Of a stretch of 53,756 bases of DNA, positions 37,972 through 47,856 are shown piece after piece (position 1 is the stretch's first letter; the number at the start of each line of letters is the position of its first letter). Source of the stretch: an uncultured Erysipelotrichaceae bacterium (GTDB lineage Bacteria > Bacillota_I > Bacilli_A > RF39 > UBA660); the NCBI GenBank assembly GCA_902783215.1, contig CACZQD010000066.1, positions 1 to 53,756 of the forward strand, written 5' to 3'. Position numbers and translations under genes: made by a program. The notes under the pieces are model-generated. The model did not search any database. It was not told the DNA's origin and worked only from the letters and a program-made list of their open reading frames with translations.

Positions 37972-38864
37972 ATAGATTTGTGTTTTATTATGTCTATTAA
38001 TTTCCTAGTGCTAAAATTAGGTAAATGATTTTTAGAAATAGCAATTCCTATATATCTACTTGGAATTTTTTCTTTAATCTTTAATTTATATAAAGTATGG
38101 TTATTTAACTCATCTTTAATATATTCTTTAGTTACATATCCAATACCGAGACCAATTTTCGAAAATTCAACAACTAATGAATAACTTGCTAACTCAATAT
38201 TAGGTTTAAGTATCATACCGTTTTCTCTCGCAATATTATCTAAAAATTCTCTAGTATTTGAACCTTTGGCTTGCAAAATTAAAGGATAATTATTTAAATC
38301 TTTGAAAGAAAGTTCTTTATCAATTAAATCTTGATATTTACTATTTACTACAAAGCAATCATTTATTTTATTACATTTAATAATATCAATATCATTACCA
38401 TAGTTTTTATCATTTAAATTTAATATTACTATATCTATTAATCCATTTCTTAATTTTGGCATTAAATCAGAAGTTAAATTAGTTACAATTTGTATATCTA
38501 TTTTAGGATATAAAGAATGAAATTCTTCTAAATATGGAAGTAAAAATTCTTTTGTTAATGTTGTACTGATACCAATTTTAATACATCCTGTTTCTAAATT
38601 AATCAAATCTGTAAATTTGTTTTCCGCACTATTAATATATTCGATAGCTTGTTTAATATAATGATAGAATTCCACACCTTCATTAGTTAAATGTACCCCT
38701 TTTTTTGTTCTAATGAATAGTTGACCACCTAATTGTTCTTCTAAATTTTTAATTGATTTAGAAATAGCTGGTTGTGAAATGTTTAATTCTTGAGCAGCTT
38801 TAGTAATATTTTTATTATTAGCAACTGCATAAAAAACTCGATATAATTCAAAATCTATATTCAT
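37968..38864 (-). CDS. LysR-family transcriptional regulator
   Basis: N-terminal HTH ITKAAQELNISQPAISKSIKNLEEQLG, ~300 aa LysR architecture. It converges on and overlaps the ankyrin-ATPase 3' end by 4 nt. Confidence 0.9.
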   Translation of the reverse strand: MNIDFELYRVFYAVANNKNITKAAQELNISQPAISKSIKNLEEQLGGQLFIRTKKGVHLTNEGVEFYHYIKQAIEYINSAENKFTDLINLETGCIKIGISTTLTKEFLLPYLEEFHSLYPKIDIQIVTNLTSDLMPKLRNGLIDIVILNLNDKNYGNDIDIIKCNKINDCFVVNSKYQDLIDKELSFKDLNNYPLILQAKGSNTREFLDNIARENGMILKPNIELASYSLVVEFSKIGLGIGYVTKEYIKDELNNHTLYKLKIKEKIPSRYIGIAISKNHLPNFSTRKLIDIIKHKSI

Positions 38865-38952
38865 AATAACCTCCAGTTATAATTAACATAACAAATATGT
38901 ATTTTAATTATAACGCAAAATAGATTATAATACAAGTAGAGGAGGAGATAAT

Positions 38953-39510
38953 ATGATTATTGGAATATGTGGAAAAAGTGGAAGTGGTAAAAGTACATTA
39001 TCTAAAGCTATAATAGATAAATATCCTAATCAAGCTATACACGTCGAAATTGATAAAGTAGGACATTATGTTTTAGGACTCCCACAAGTGCAAGAACAAC
39101 TAGTAAATACTTTTGGTAAAAATATTATTGATAATGATAAAATTAATCGTAAAAGATTGGGAGATATTGTCTTTAATTCTTATCAAAAGATGGATAAGTT
39201 AACAGATATAACTTGGAAGTATATGCAAATTGAGATAGATAATATAGTTGATAATAATAAAGAAAAGATAATAATTCTAGATTGGTTATTGCTTCCTAAA
39301 TCTAAATATCTTCACATGTGTGATTATAAAATATTAATAGATATTCCTTATGAAGTAAGGTTAAAAAGAGCGATGGAAAGAGATAATATAACAGAAGAAG
39401 ATTTTATATTAAGAGAAAAAGCTACAATTGAGTATCAAAGCGATGATTTTGATTACATAATTAAAAGTGAAAATATTGAAAAAGTAAGAAAGATGGTGAA
39501 TATATTATGA
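38953..39510 (+). CDS. coaE: Dephospho-CoA kinase-like P-loop kinase
   Basis: IGICGKSGSGKST P-loop. CoaE-like FGKNIIDNDKINRKRLGDIVF. It overlaps coaD (ATGA). Confidence 0.65.
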   Translation: MIIGICGKSGSGKSTLSKAIIDKYPNQAIHVEIDKVGHYVLGLPQVQEQLVNTFGKNIIDNDKINRKRLGDIVFNSYQKMDKLTDITWKYMQIEIDNIVDNNKEKIIILDWLLLPKSKYLHMCDYKILIDIPYEVRLKRAMERDNITEEDFILREKATIEYQSDDFDYIIKSENIEKVRKMVNIL

Positions 39511-39995
39511 TAAAAGTTTTATATGCCGGGAGTTTTGATCCTATCACAAAGGGTCATATGAATATTATAAAGCAAGCAAGTAATCTATTCGATGAAGTAA
39601 TAGTAGCAGTAATGCAAAACCCAGCTAAGCAAACAAGCTTTTTCACACTAAAAGAAAGACTAGATATTATACAAGAATTATATAAAAATCATAATAATAT
39701 CAAAGTTGTAATAGGAACAGGTGCAGCTGTAGATGTTGCGATAATGAATAAATGTATAAGTATTGTAAGAGGTCTTAGAGGTTTAAGTGATTATGATTAT
39801 GAAGTTCAATTAAGACAGATTAATAAAGAAATATCTAACAATCAAATTAATACCGTTTGTTTGTTTGCTGATAAAGAGTATCAATTTATATCATCAAGTA
39901 TGGTAAAAGAAGTTTTTAGCATTAATAAAGATATCTCCAATTATGTAGAACCCATAGTACAAGAAAGAATGAAAGTAAAGAAGATGATAAAATGA
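39507..39995 (+). CDS. coaD: Phosphopantetheine adenylyltransferase
   Basis: YAGSFDPITKGHMNII (T/HxGH) and ISSSMVKE motifs. Confidence 0.9.
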   Translation: MIKVLYAGSFDPITKGHMNIIKQASNLFDEVIVAVMQNPAKQTSFFTLKERLDIIQELYKNHNNIKVVIGTGAAVDVAIMNKCISIVRGLRGLSDYDYEVQLRQINKEISNNQINTVCLFADKEYQFISSSMVKEVFSINKDISNYVEPIVQERMKVKKMIK

Positions 39996-40768
39996 TAATA
40001 AAAGTTTTAGGCACAGTATCTCCTTATCCAAAACATAATTCAAATTGTCCTGGATTTTTAGTTACAACTAAGAAAAATAAAATAATGCTTGATTGTGGTA
40101 ATGGATCTTTAAAACTAATGAATTTACCAAATGATTTAAATGATTTGATAGTTATTATATCTCATTTACACAGTGATCATTATGGTGATTTATTAAGTCT
40201 TGCTTATGCATCATATTGTTACCATAATTTAGGATTTATTAATCATAAAATAAAAGTATATTTGCCCAGGCCAAATTCTAATGAAGAAAAAATGATCTGT
40301 AAATTTTTAACAAGTTGCAAAGAGAACTATATTAATTATCAATTTTATGATTATGATACGAAATTATACGTTAATGATACAATAATTTCATTTAATAAAA
40401 ATAAACATAATATTACTACTTATTCAACCAAAATTAAAGAAAATGAAGAAGTTATTGTGTATACATCAGATACAGGATATAATAATGAAATAATTAGATT
40501 TAGTGAAGGAGCGGATGTATTAATTTGTGAATCAACATTTTTAAAACATCAACACAATAATGCAAATCATTTATGTGCCTATCAATCAGGATTAATTGCT
40601 AAAAAGGCTAATGTAGATACCTTATTTTTAACACATTTTTGGCCAGAGATTGATAAACAAATATATGTTGATGAAGCTAAAGAAGCATTTGATAATGTTA
40701 TTGGCGCAGAAGAAAATAAAGTATTAAAGTTAGGAGGTAAAAATGAAAAAAGTTATAAATATAGATAA
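39992..40768 (+). CDS. Metallo-beta-lactamase-fold hydrolase (RNase Z-like)
   Basis: HLHSDHYGD motif, later SDTGY and TH motifs. It overlaps coaD (ATGA). Confidence 0.8.
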   Translation: MIIKVLGTVSPYPKHNSNCPGFLVTTKKNKIMLDCGNGSLKLMNLPNDLNDLIVIISHLHSDHYGDLLSLAYASYCYHNLGFINHKIKVYLPRPNSNEEKMICKFLTSCKENYINYQFYDYDTKLYVNDTIISFNKNKHNITTYSTKIKENEEVIVYTSDTGYNNEIIRFSEGADVLICESTFLKHQHNNANHLCAYQSGLIAKKANVDTLFLTHFWPEIDKQIYVDEAKEAFDNVIGAEENKVLKLGGKNEKSYKYR

Positions 40769-42110
40769 TATTTCAGTAGTTGATGAGGAAAAAGAAAAAG
40801 TTAGATTACTACTGGAAAATAATCAAGGTCAGATATTATTATGCAATTATAATGGTATATATATGTTACCAGGTGGAAAAGTAGATTCTAATGAATTATT
40901 AGAAGATGCCTTAAAAAGGGAAATAAAAGAAGAATTAGGAATTGATTTAAAAAAATATGATAATTTAGTAACGATAGATCATTATCAAAAAGATTATCCT
41001 AAACTAGATGGTAGTTTATTAAATAGAAAAGTTAAAACACATTATTATGCTGTTAAAGCTGAAGTTAGTCTAGATAGAAAAAATCAAAATTTAACTGATC
41101 GAGAGAAAAATAATAAATTTCAATTAGAATGGATTAATAAAAAAGATATTCTAAGATTCATTAAATATTATAAAACAAATAATCCACGTGATAGATTTTT
41201 TAAAGATGAACTATTATATGTTTTAGAACTATATCAAAACAACAAATTAATTGATATGCACACCCATACTGTTTATTCAGATGGAGAATTAACCCCACAA
41301 GAATTAATCACTTACGCATTTAAAAGAAATATTAATGTATTAGCTATTACAGATCATGATACTTTAAACGGAATAAAAACAATTGACAAAAATGACCCAT
41401 TAATCATAAATAGTGGTATTAAAATAATTAATGGTATTGAACTGTCAGCTAAAGCAAACAAAGGACGAATGCATATTTTAGGTTATGATATAGATATCGA
41501 CAACAAACAACTAAATGAAAAGATGAAAGAGTTAAGAACGAATAGTTATTATTCGGTATTATCTTTAATAAACCAAATAAAAAAAGATTATAATATTATG
41601 TTTGATGCAGAAGATATTAAGGATATATTTTCATCTATTGGTAATATTGGTAGACCTCATATTGCTAGATTACTGATGAAGTATAAATATGCTAAAGATG
41701 TTGATGAAGCATTTGATAAATATTTAATAAAAGCTTATGAAAAGACAAGATTTTCTAATAAAGGAATTTCTTATCAAGAATGTATTAAATTAATAAAAGA
41801 TGCAGGTGGATTTGCTATTCTTGCTCACCCTAATCAATTAAAAATGAATGATAAAGAATTAGAAGATACATTACAAAATATGATTAACTGTGGATTAGAT
41901 GGTATTGAAATATATCATAGTGGTCATTCTAAGGAAGAAATAAAAAAATATCTATTATTAGCTGAAAGATATAATTTATTAATATCTGGAGGTAGTGATT
42001 ATCATGGAATAAATATTAAACCAAATATTGAATTAGGTACAGGATTTAATAATAACCTAAAAATAAAAAAACTAAGTCTTGTTGATTGTATCGATAAAAG
42101 AATTCATTAA
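40743..42110 (+). CDS. NUDIX hydrolase fused to a PHP-family phosphoesterase (TrpH/YciV-like)
   Basis: Perfect Nudix box [27 protein letters not shown] motifs [20 protein letters not shown] and GGSDYHG. It overlaps the MBL gene by 26 nt. Confidence 0.8.
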   Translation: MKKVINIDNISVVDEEKEKVRLLLENNQGQILLCNYNGIYMLPGGKVDSNELLEDALKREIKEELGIDLKKYDNLVTIDHYQKDYPKLDGSLLNRKVKTHYYAVKAEVSLDRKNQNLTDREKNNKFQLEWINKKDILRFIKYYKTNNPRDRFFKDELLYVLELYQNNKLIDMHTHTVYSDGELTPQELITYAFKRNINVLAITDHDTLNGIKTIDKNDPLIINSGIKIINGIELSAKANKGRMHILGYDIDIDNKQLNEKMKELRTNSYYSVLSLINQIKKDYNIMFDAEDIKDIFSSIGNIGRPHIARLLMKYKYAKDVDEAFDKYLIKAYEKTRFSNKGISYQECIKLIKDAGGFAILAHPNQLKMNDKELEDTLQNMINCGLDGIEIYHSGHSKEEIKKYLLLAERYNLLISGGSDYHGINIKPNIELGTGFNNNLKIKKLSLVDCIDKRIH

Positions 42111-42221
42111 ATATGAATTTTTTTATATTCATTATAAAAAAATTTTTAATATGTTATAATATTGTTGGATATTTAATGTTTATTTAATATAAGTAGAGTA
42201 TAAAATAAGAGGTGATTCAAA

Positions 42222-42908
42222 ATGCGTATATTAATAGTTGAAGATGAGTATACACTTGCAGATGCTTTAAAAGCAAAATTAGAAAAAGAAAAATATGTTG
42301 TAGATATAGCAATTGATGGGGAAGAAGGTTTATATAATGCTCTATCTAATATTTATGATTTAATTATTTTAGATGTTATGTTGCCTTATAAAGATGGATT
42401 TGAAATATTGAAAGAAATAAGAGAAAAAGATATTGAAAGTAAAGTAATAATGCTTACAGCCAGAGGAGAATTAGAAGATAAACTTAATGGTCTTGAAAAC
42501 GGCGCAAATGATTATATAACCAAACCATTCCATACTGAAGAAGTTTTAGCGCGTGTTAATATTCAGTTAAAAAATCCTATCAAATCTAATAATAAAAATA
42601 TTATTAAGTTTGGAGATTTAAAATTAGATGTTTCTAAATCAAAACTAATATGCATTACAAATTGTACGGAAGTTGAATTGGTAAAAAAAGAATTTTTAGT
42701 TTTAGAATATTTTATGAATAATCCTAATCAAATATTATCAAAAGAACAATTATATGACAAAGTATGGGGACTAGATAATGAAATTGAATCAAACAATTTA
42801 GAAGTATACTTATCGTTTGTAAGAAGAAAACTAAAAGCAATTGGTTCAAATGTTATTATTAAATCATCTCGAGGATTAGGATATAAAATGGAGGATCAAA
42901 ATGAATAA
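42222..42908 (+). CDS. OmpR-family response regulator
   Basis: REC domain (ILIVEDE, LDVMLP, TAR) plus a winged-helix trans_reg_C domain. Confidence 0.9.
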   Translation: MRILIVEDEYTLADALKAKLEKEKYVVDIAIDGEEGLYNALSNIYDLIILDVMLPYKDGFEILKEIREKDIESKVIMLTARGELEDKLNGLENGANDYITKPFHTEEVLARVNIQLKNPIKSNNKNIIKFGDLKLDVSKSKLICITNCTEVELVKKEFLVLEYFMNNPNQILSKEQLYDKVWGLDNEIESNNLEVYLSFVRRKLKAIGSNVIIKSSRGLGYKMEDQNE

Positions 42909-44106
42909 ATTAAAGCACAAAGTATTCATAGTTATACTACTTATATTTACACTCTCTATAATTAGTTTTATAATAGTATTTAATATTCAAAACTATAATC
43001 TTGAAAAACACCAAGTAATGGATAGTTTAGAAAAAATGCATGATGATAAATTTTCTAATAATGGCATGAATAGGAATTATGAAGAACCTAAAAATATGAT
43101 TTTTATGGATCGAGATTTATATACAGTTTTATTAGATGATAGTAACAATATTAATGCGGTCATTAATCATTCTAATGATGGTTTAAGTGATAACAAAATT
43201 AAAAAGTTAGCTAATAAAATACTAAATAAAAATAATCAATCTACTAAATATTTAGGCAATTTGTATCTTGATAATTATTCTTATTCATATAGTAGTGGTA
43301 ATTATTTAATAATTGTCGATAATACAAAAACTCAAAAAAAACTAATATCATATTTAATAACATCATTAATTATTTTTACATTATTAGAAATAATAGTATT
43401 AATTGTAACTAAAAAAATAACTGATTGGATTATTAAACCAGTTAAAAATAGTTTTGAAAAACAAAAGCAATTTATAGCAGATGCATCCCATGAATTAAAA
43501 ACTCCTTTATCAGTAATTGTAGCAAGTAGTGAAGCGCTAGAAGATAATCCAAAAGATATTAAATGGTTAAAAAATATTCAAGCAGAAGCTGATAGAATGA
43601 ATTTATTAATAACTGATTTATTAGAATTAGCATCATCTGAAAATAAATTAAATAAAGTCTATGAAGAAAAAGATTTATCTAAAATAACTGAATTATCTGT
43701 TTTAACTTTTGAAGGAAGAATATTCGAAAAAAATTTAAAACTTAAATATGAAATAAAACCTGATATTAAATTTAGGATGGATGAAAATAGTATTAAACAA
43801 TTAATTGAAATATTATTAGATAACGCTATCAAACATTCTAAAGATAAAGGAAAAATAGAAGTTATTTTAAAAAAAGAAAAAGATATTTCTTTAGAAATAA
43901 TTAATGAAGGTAATCCTATACCTAAAGAAGATGAAGAAAAAATATTTGAAAGATTTTATCGTATCGATAAATCAAGAAATAGAAAAGAAAATAGATATGG
44001 TTTAGGACTAGCTATTGCAAAAAATATTGTAGAAAACCATAGTGGTAGGATAAGTGCAAAATCAAAAGATGGAAAAACAATATTTAAAGTAATATTAAAA
44101 AAATAA
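42901..44106 (+). CDS. Sensor histidine kinase
   Basis: Two TM helices, H-box SHELKTPLS, DNAIKHS, GLGLAIAKNIVENHSG. It overlaps the RR gene. Confidence 0.9.
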   Translation: MNKLKHKVFIVILLIFTLSIISFIIVFNIQNYNLEKHQVMDSLEKMHDDKFSNNGMNRNYEEPKNMIFMDRDLYTVLLDDSNNINAVINHSNDGLSDNKIKKLANKILNKNNQSTKYLGNLYLDNYSYSYSSGNYLIIVDNTKTQKKLISYLITSLIIFTLLEIIVLIVTKKITDWIIKPVKNSFEKQKQFIADASHELKTPLSVIVASSEALEDNPKDIKWLKNIQAEADRMNLLITDLLELASSENKLNKVYEEKDLSKITELSVLTFEGRIFEKNLKLKYEIKPDIKFRMDENSIKQLIEILLDNAIKHSKDKGKIEVILKKEKDISLEIINEGNPIPKEDEEKIFERFYRIDKSRNRKENRYGLGLAIAKNIVENHSGRISAKSKDGKTIFKVILKK

Positions 44107-44303
44107 TAAATTTTAATTTTCATTTAATATTTAAGTAATACAATGTTATCAGTGAAAGGAAGTGATAATAACTATTATTAAATATAAAATGAAAATTTAA
44201 TGTTTATTTAATAAATGTATTATATTATGTAAATGAAGAAAGGAAGCGATATATGAATAAAAGATAAAAATTTATAATAATAAATAAAGAAAGGGATGAT
44301 AAA

Positions 44304-46355
44304 TTGAAAAGAAGTATAAAAAACATTATTATGATTTTAATAATAGCCATAATTATTGGTTCTATGGTATTTACCATGAACTATGCCAAAAATAATATTA
44401 AAGTACAAAGTAATGAACAACAAAGTATGAGTAATAATGGCCCACCTGATATGAACAATAATCAATCGTCAACTGATAATAGTTCGTCTAATGGTGAAAC
44501 TGATAGTAATAATTCAAAAAATAATCAGAAAAAAACAAATGAAGGCTCTAGCGATACATCCAGCTCATCAGATAATAATCAAATGAACAGTAATACTAAT
44601 GGACAACCACCGGCAAAGCCTGATGAAAATTCAAGCAATACATCCAGCTCATCAGATAATAATCAAATGAACAGTAATACTAATGAACAACCACCGGCAA
44701 AGCCTGATGAAAATTCAAGCAATACATCCAGCTCATCAGATAATAATCAAATGAATAGTAATACTAATGGACAACCACCGGCAAAACCTGATGGAAATTC
44801 AAGTGATACATCAAACTCGTCAGATAATTCAAGTGATAATCAACCACAAATACCTAGTAATGATGGCAATATGATAAGTGATAGTCAAAATAATAGTGTT
44901 TCTAGTGGTAATTTAACATATGGTTATTATATAGTATTTGGTGTAGAATCATTTATTCTAGCTATATTGTTAATGTATTTAATATTATCTAAATTTAATA
45001 AAAAAACATTTAAAGAAACATTCAAAAGCAAAGATAAAATGATTATTAACTGTTTAGCTATTATAATTCTTACATCCGGATTTACTTGCTTAGACAGTAA
45101 AATTACAAAAGAATGTTTTATACAAAATAATGGTAAACAAGTAGAAATGAATAAAACAAGTGATAATACTGTATCAGTAAATGCTAGTGGAACTAAAGAA
45201 ATAAATGGTAAAAGTGAAACAGTAAATGAAGATATTGATGCATCTGATTCAGATAAAAGTGCTATTGTAGTAAAAAATAAAGGTAATGCTACAATAAAAT
45301 ATGCAGCTATAACTAAATCTAGTGGAGATTCTTCAAATACCGAAAACTCTGAGTTTTATGGAGTTAATTCTGGAATACTTGTTACTAAAAATTCTAAAGC
45401 CACAATAAAAAATACTACAATAAAAACTAGTGCTAAAGGTAGTAATGCCGTATTTGCAACAGGTGAAAATTCTAAAATATATGTAAGTGATACAACAATT
45501 GAAACAACTGGGGAATCTTCATCAAGAGGATTAGATGCTACATATGGTGGTTATATTGAAGCTGATAATGTAAAAATAACTACTAAAGGAGGATCTTGTG
45601 CAACACTAGCTACAGATCGTGGTGAAGGAACGGTTATTGCCAAAAATTCTACATTAGAAACCAATGGCAGTGGTTCACCGGTTATATATTCAACAGGAGA
45701 TATTCAAATAAGTAATACTAAAGGAATAGCAAATGGTTCACAAATGGTAGTTGTTGAAGGAAAAAATAGTGCAACAATTACCAATTCTCAATTAGAAGCA
45801 TCAGGTAAAGGTAATAGAGGAGATACAGATCAATCTGGTATTATGATATATCAATCTATGAGTGGTGATGCTAGTGAAGGAACAGGAACATTTACAGCAA
45901 AGAATTCTACTTTACAAATATCTGAAGATTCTGACTACTATAAATCTGCTCCAATGTTTTTTATAACAAATACCAAAGCATTAATTAATTTAGAAAAAAC
46001 AAAATTAAAATATGGAAGTAATATTTTACTAAGTATCAAAGGAACAAGTGAGTGGGGTAATGCTAATAATAATGGAGGCGATACTACACTCAATGCCACT
46101 AATCAAGATTTAAAAGGAAATATTGAAATAGATAAAATATCCACACTTACAATGAATCTTAAAAAGTCAATATATAAAGGAACCATAAATGGTGATAATA
46201 GCGCAAAAGAAGTAATTTTTAAATTAGATAAGAATAGTAAAATAACACTTACAGGTGATTCTTATATAACTAATCTAGAAGATGCTGATACATCATATAG
46301 TAATATTGATTTTAATGGATATAAATTATATGTTAATGGTAAAGCTATTAATTAA
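44304..46355 (+). CDS. Membrane protein with a low-complexity tandem-repeat region and a C-terminal beta-helix-like Ser/Thr/Gly/Asn-rich domain
   Basis: TTG start after RBS AAAGGGA. N-terminal TM helix, 3 x 28-aa repeats, two further TM segments, then ~400 aa of repetitive xxTIxNSxxxTxG-type strands. Confidence 0.6.
   Translation: MKRSIKNIIMILIIAIIIGSMVFTMNYAKNNIKVQSNEQQSMSNNGPPDMNNNQSSTDNSSSNGETDSNNSKNNQKKTNEGSSDTSSSSDNNQMNSNTNGQPPAKPDENSSNTSSSSDNNQMNSNTNEQPPAKPDENSSNTSSSSDNNQMNSNTNGQPPAKPDGNSSDTSNSSDNSSDNQPQIPSNDGNMISDSQNNSVSSGNLTYGYYIVFGVESFILAILLMYLILSKFNKKTFKETFKSKDKMIINCLAIIILTSGFTCLDSKITKECFIQNNGKQVEMNKTSDNTVSVNASGTKEINGKSETVNEDIDASDSDKSAIVVKNKGNATIKYAAITKSSGDSSNTENSEFYGVNSGILVTKNSKATIKNTTIKTSAKGSNAVFATGENSKIYVSDTTIETTGESSSRGLDATYGGYIEADNVKITTKGGSCATLATDRGEGTVIAKNSTLETNGSGSPVIYSTGDIQISNTKGIANGSQMVVVEGKNSATITNSQLEASGKGNRGDTDQSGIMIYQSMSGDASEGTGTFTAKNSTLQISEDSDYYKSAPMFFITNTKALINLEKTKLKYGSNILLSIKGTSEWGNANNNGGDTTLNATNQDLKGNIEIDKISTLTMNLKKSIYKGTINGDNSAKEVIFKLDKNSKITLTGDSYITNLEDADTSYSNIDFNGYKLYVNGKAIN
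44554..44805 (+). repeat. Three near-identical 84-bp tandem repeats (plus a degenerate fourth unit) within the CDS
   Basis: The unit atacatccagctcatcagataataatcaaatgaacagtaatactaatgg/aacaaccaccggcaaagcctgatgaaaattcaagca starts at 44554, 44638 and 44722. It encodes TSSSSDNNQMNSNTNGQPPAKPDENSSN. Confidence 0.9.
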
Positions 46356-46362
46356 AAAACGA

Positions 46363-46905
46363 TTATTTATTTAATCGTTTTTGATTTTCTTTAAGTTTTT
46401 TAATTTCTTTACTATATTTAAATAACTGATCATAAAAAGTGCTAAAGTCATTATAATAATTTCCATATTGTGAATCTATTTGTGATATTTTTAAATGGTT
46501 TTTAATTATAGTAGAATCCAAATGCTTTTCTTTAATAATACTAATTGAAATAGTGCCATCTTCTAATTTCATTTTTAAAAAACTTACTGGTTCACAATCA
46601 GAATGACATATTATTTCCTTATCATCTAAATTGATAAAATCGATTGGTAATCCATTATATTCAGAATTATTATCTTGTAAAACATATTTACCCATAATAT
46701 CTTGAATTAAACTATAAAATATATGATATGTTTTAAATTCATTATAATCAAAAGAACCAACATTTAAATCTATAGTAGTTTCTTTATTATTATTTCCTAT
46801 AAACCATATATTATTATATAAATCTTTTTTTATCGTAATTTCGTTATCATCTTTTATAATATTGATTTTATTATTAATATTAGTAGTAATGAAATTTGTA
46901 TCCAT
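46363..46905 (-). CDS. Hypothetical protein
   Basis: I chose the ATG at 46905 (MDTNF), preceded by GGAGG. No recognisable family. Confidence 0.45.
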   Translation of the reverse strand: MDTNFITTNINNKINIIKDDNEITIKKDLYNNIWFIGNNNKETTIDLNVGSFDYNEFKTYHIFYSLIQDIMGKYVLQDNNSEYNGLPIDFINLDDKEIICHSDCEPVSFLKMKLEDGTISISIIKEKHLDSTIIKNHLKISQIDSQYGNYYNDFSTFYDQLFKYSKEIKKLKENQKRLNK

Positions 46906-46994
46906 ATTATTCCTCCAGAATAAGATGTATTCTATCAAAAAGAATAATATATGTCAATAAAATTATAGTTTATTATTACCTTTTTAATTATCTT

Positions 46995-47789
46995 TTATGA
47001 CTTTTTTGCTAATATTTTTTGAATTGGTTTGAAACTTTCATTATCAGTTAAAACAACATCGTAATTATTTATAAATAATTTATGATTTTCTTTAACATTA
47101 GATTCTAAAAAAGCAAAAGATATAGTTTCTTTTTTAGGTAGATAGTTAGCCATGTTTATATCGTGTAACTGATCACCAATAACAATGGCGTAGTCTCTAT
47201 TTATTAATTTGTTTGTGAATGTATCAGGTAGTTTTATTTCATTTTTAACCATGCTATGAATTGGATAAGGATTGTCATCATAAATTATATTGTTCTTAAA
47301 TTTCAATATATTACTATGAATATAAATGTTGCTAGTATAACAATTATGTTTTTCTAATATTTTTATGATAAAATTACTTATTCCTGCAGAGCATATAATT
47401 AATGGTATATTATTATTGTGTAAAAATCTAATAAAATCGATTGATCCTTCTCTAAGTATTATTGCTTCATTGTTATCAATAATATAGTCTATATCACTTT
47501 CTTTTAATTTATATTTAAGCATTAGCTTATAACTTGCCATATGCCATTTTAAAGACAAATTCTTTTTATCTTCATATGATAAGTTTGGATTTAATTCTAA
47601 TGGCCGGTAATAATTATATAATTTTGTTACATCATTTAAGTATTCACTAGGATATAAGCCACTTTTAGCAAATAATGAAAATGTAGTATTACTGTTATGA
47701 GTAGATATAGTTTGATCAAAATCAGATACAACATAAAAATTATTATTTTTTAATTTATTAATATTTGTTATATTATTTATATGAATCAT
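46995..47789 (-). CDS. HAD-superfamily pyrimidine 5'-nucleotidase (UMPH-1/NT5C3-like) family protein
   Basis: SDFDQTIS catalytic motif. LREGSIDFIRFLHNNNIPLIICSAGISNFI and IHSNILKF resemble the UMPH-1 family. Confidence 0.65.
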   Translation of the reverse strand: MIHINNITNINKLKNNNFYVVSDFDQTISTHNSNTTFSLFAKSGLYPSEYLNDVTKLYNYYRPLELNPNLSYEDKKNLSLKWHMASYKLMLKYKLKESDIDYIIDNNEAIILREGSIDFIRFLHNNNIPLIICSAGISNFIIKILEKHNCYTSNIYIHSNILKFKNNIIYDDNPYPIHSMVKNEIKLPDTFTNKLINRDYAIVIGDQLHDINMANYLPKKETISFAFLESNVKENHKLFINNYDVVLTDNESFKPIQKILAKKS

Positions 47790-47856
47790 ATTATTCTCCT
47801 TTGCTATATATTAGCACATTTTTATAAAAATTCAAAAAACTTATCTTAAAGATAAG

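Noticed and set aside
37940-37985. acacaaa/tttgtgt hairpin at the convergent junction of the ankyrin-ATPase and LysR genes as a bidirectional terminator
   Set aside because: It lies within both overlapping coding ends, has a 12-nt loop and has weak T-runs. It is plausible, but too weak to list as a feature.
44160-44260. Mini-ORFs in the TCS-target spacer (12-codon GTG ORF; ATG-AAT-AAA-AGA-TAA)
   Set aside because: They are too short, and I cannot check their conservation. They are more likely chance products of duplicated RBS-like motifs. I recorded the motif repeat itself as a low-interest finding.
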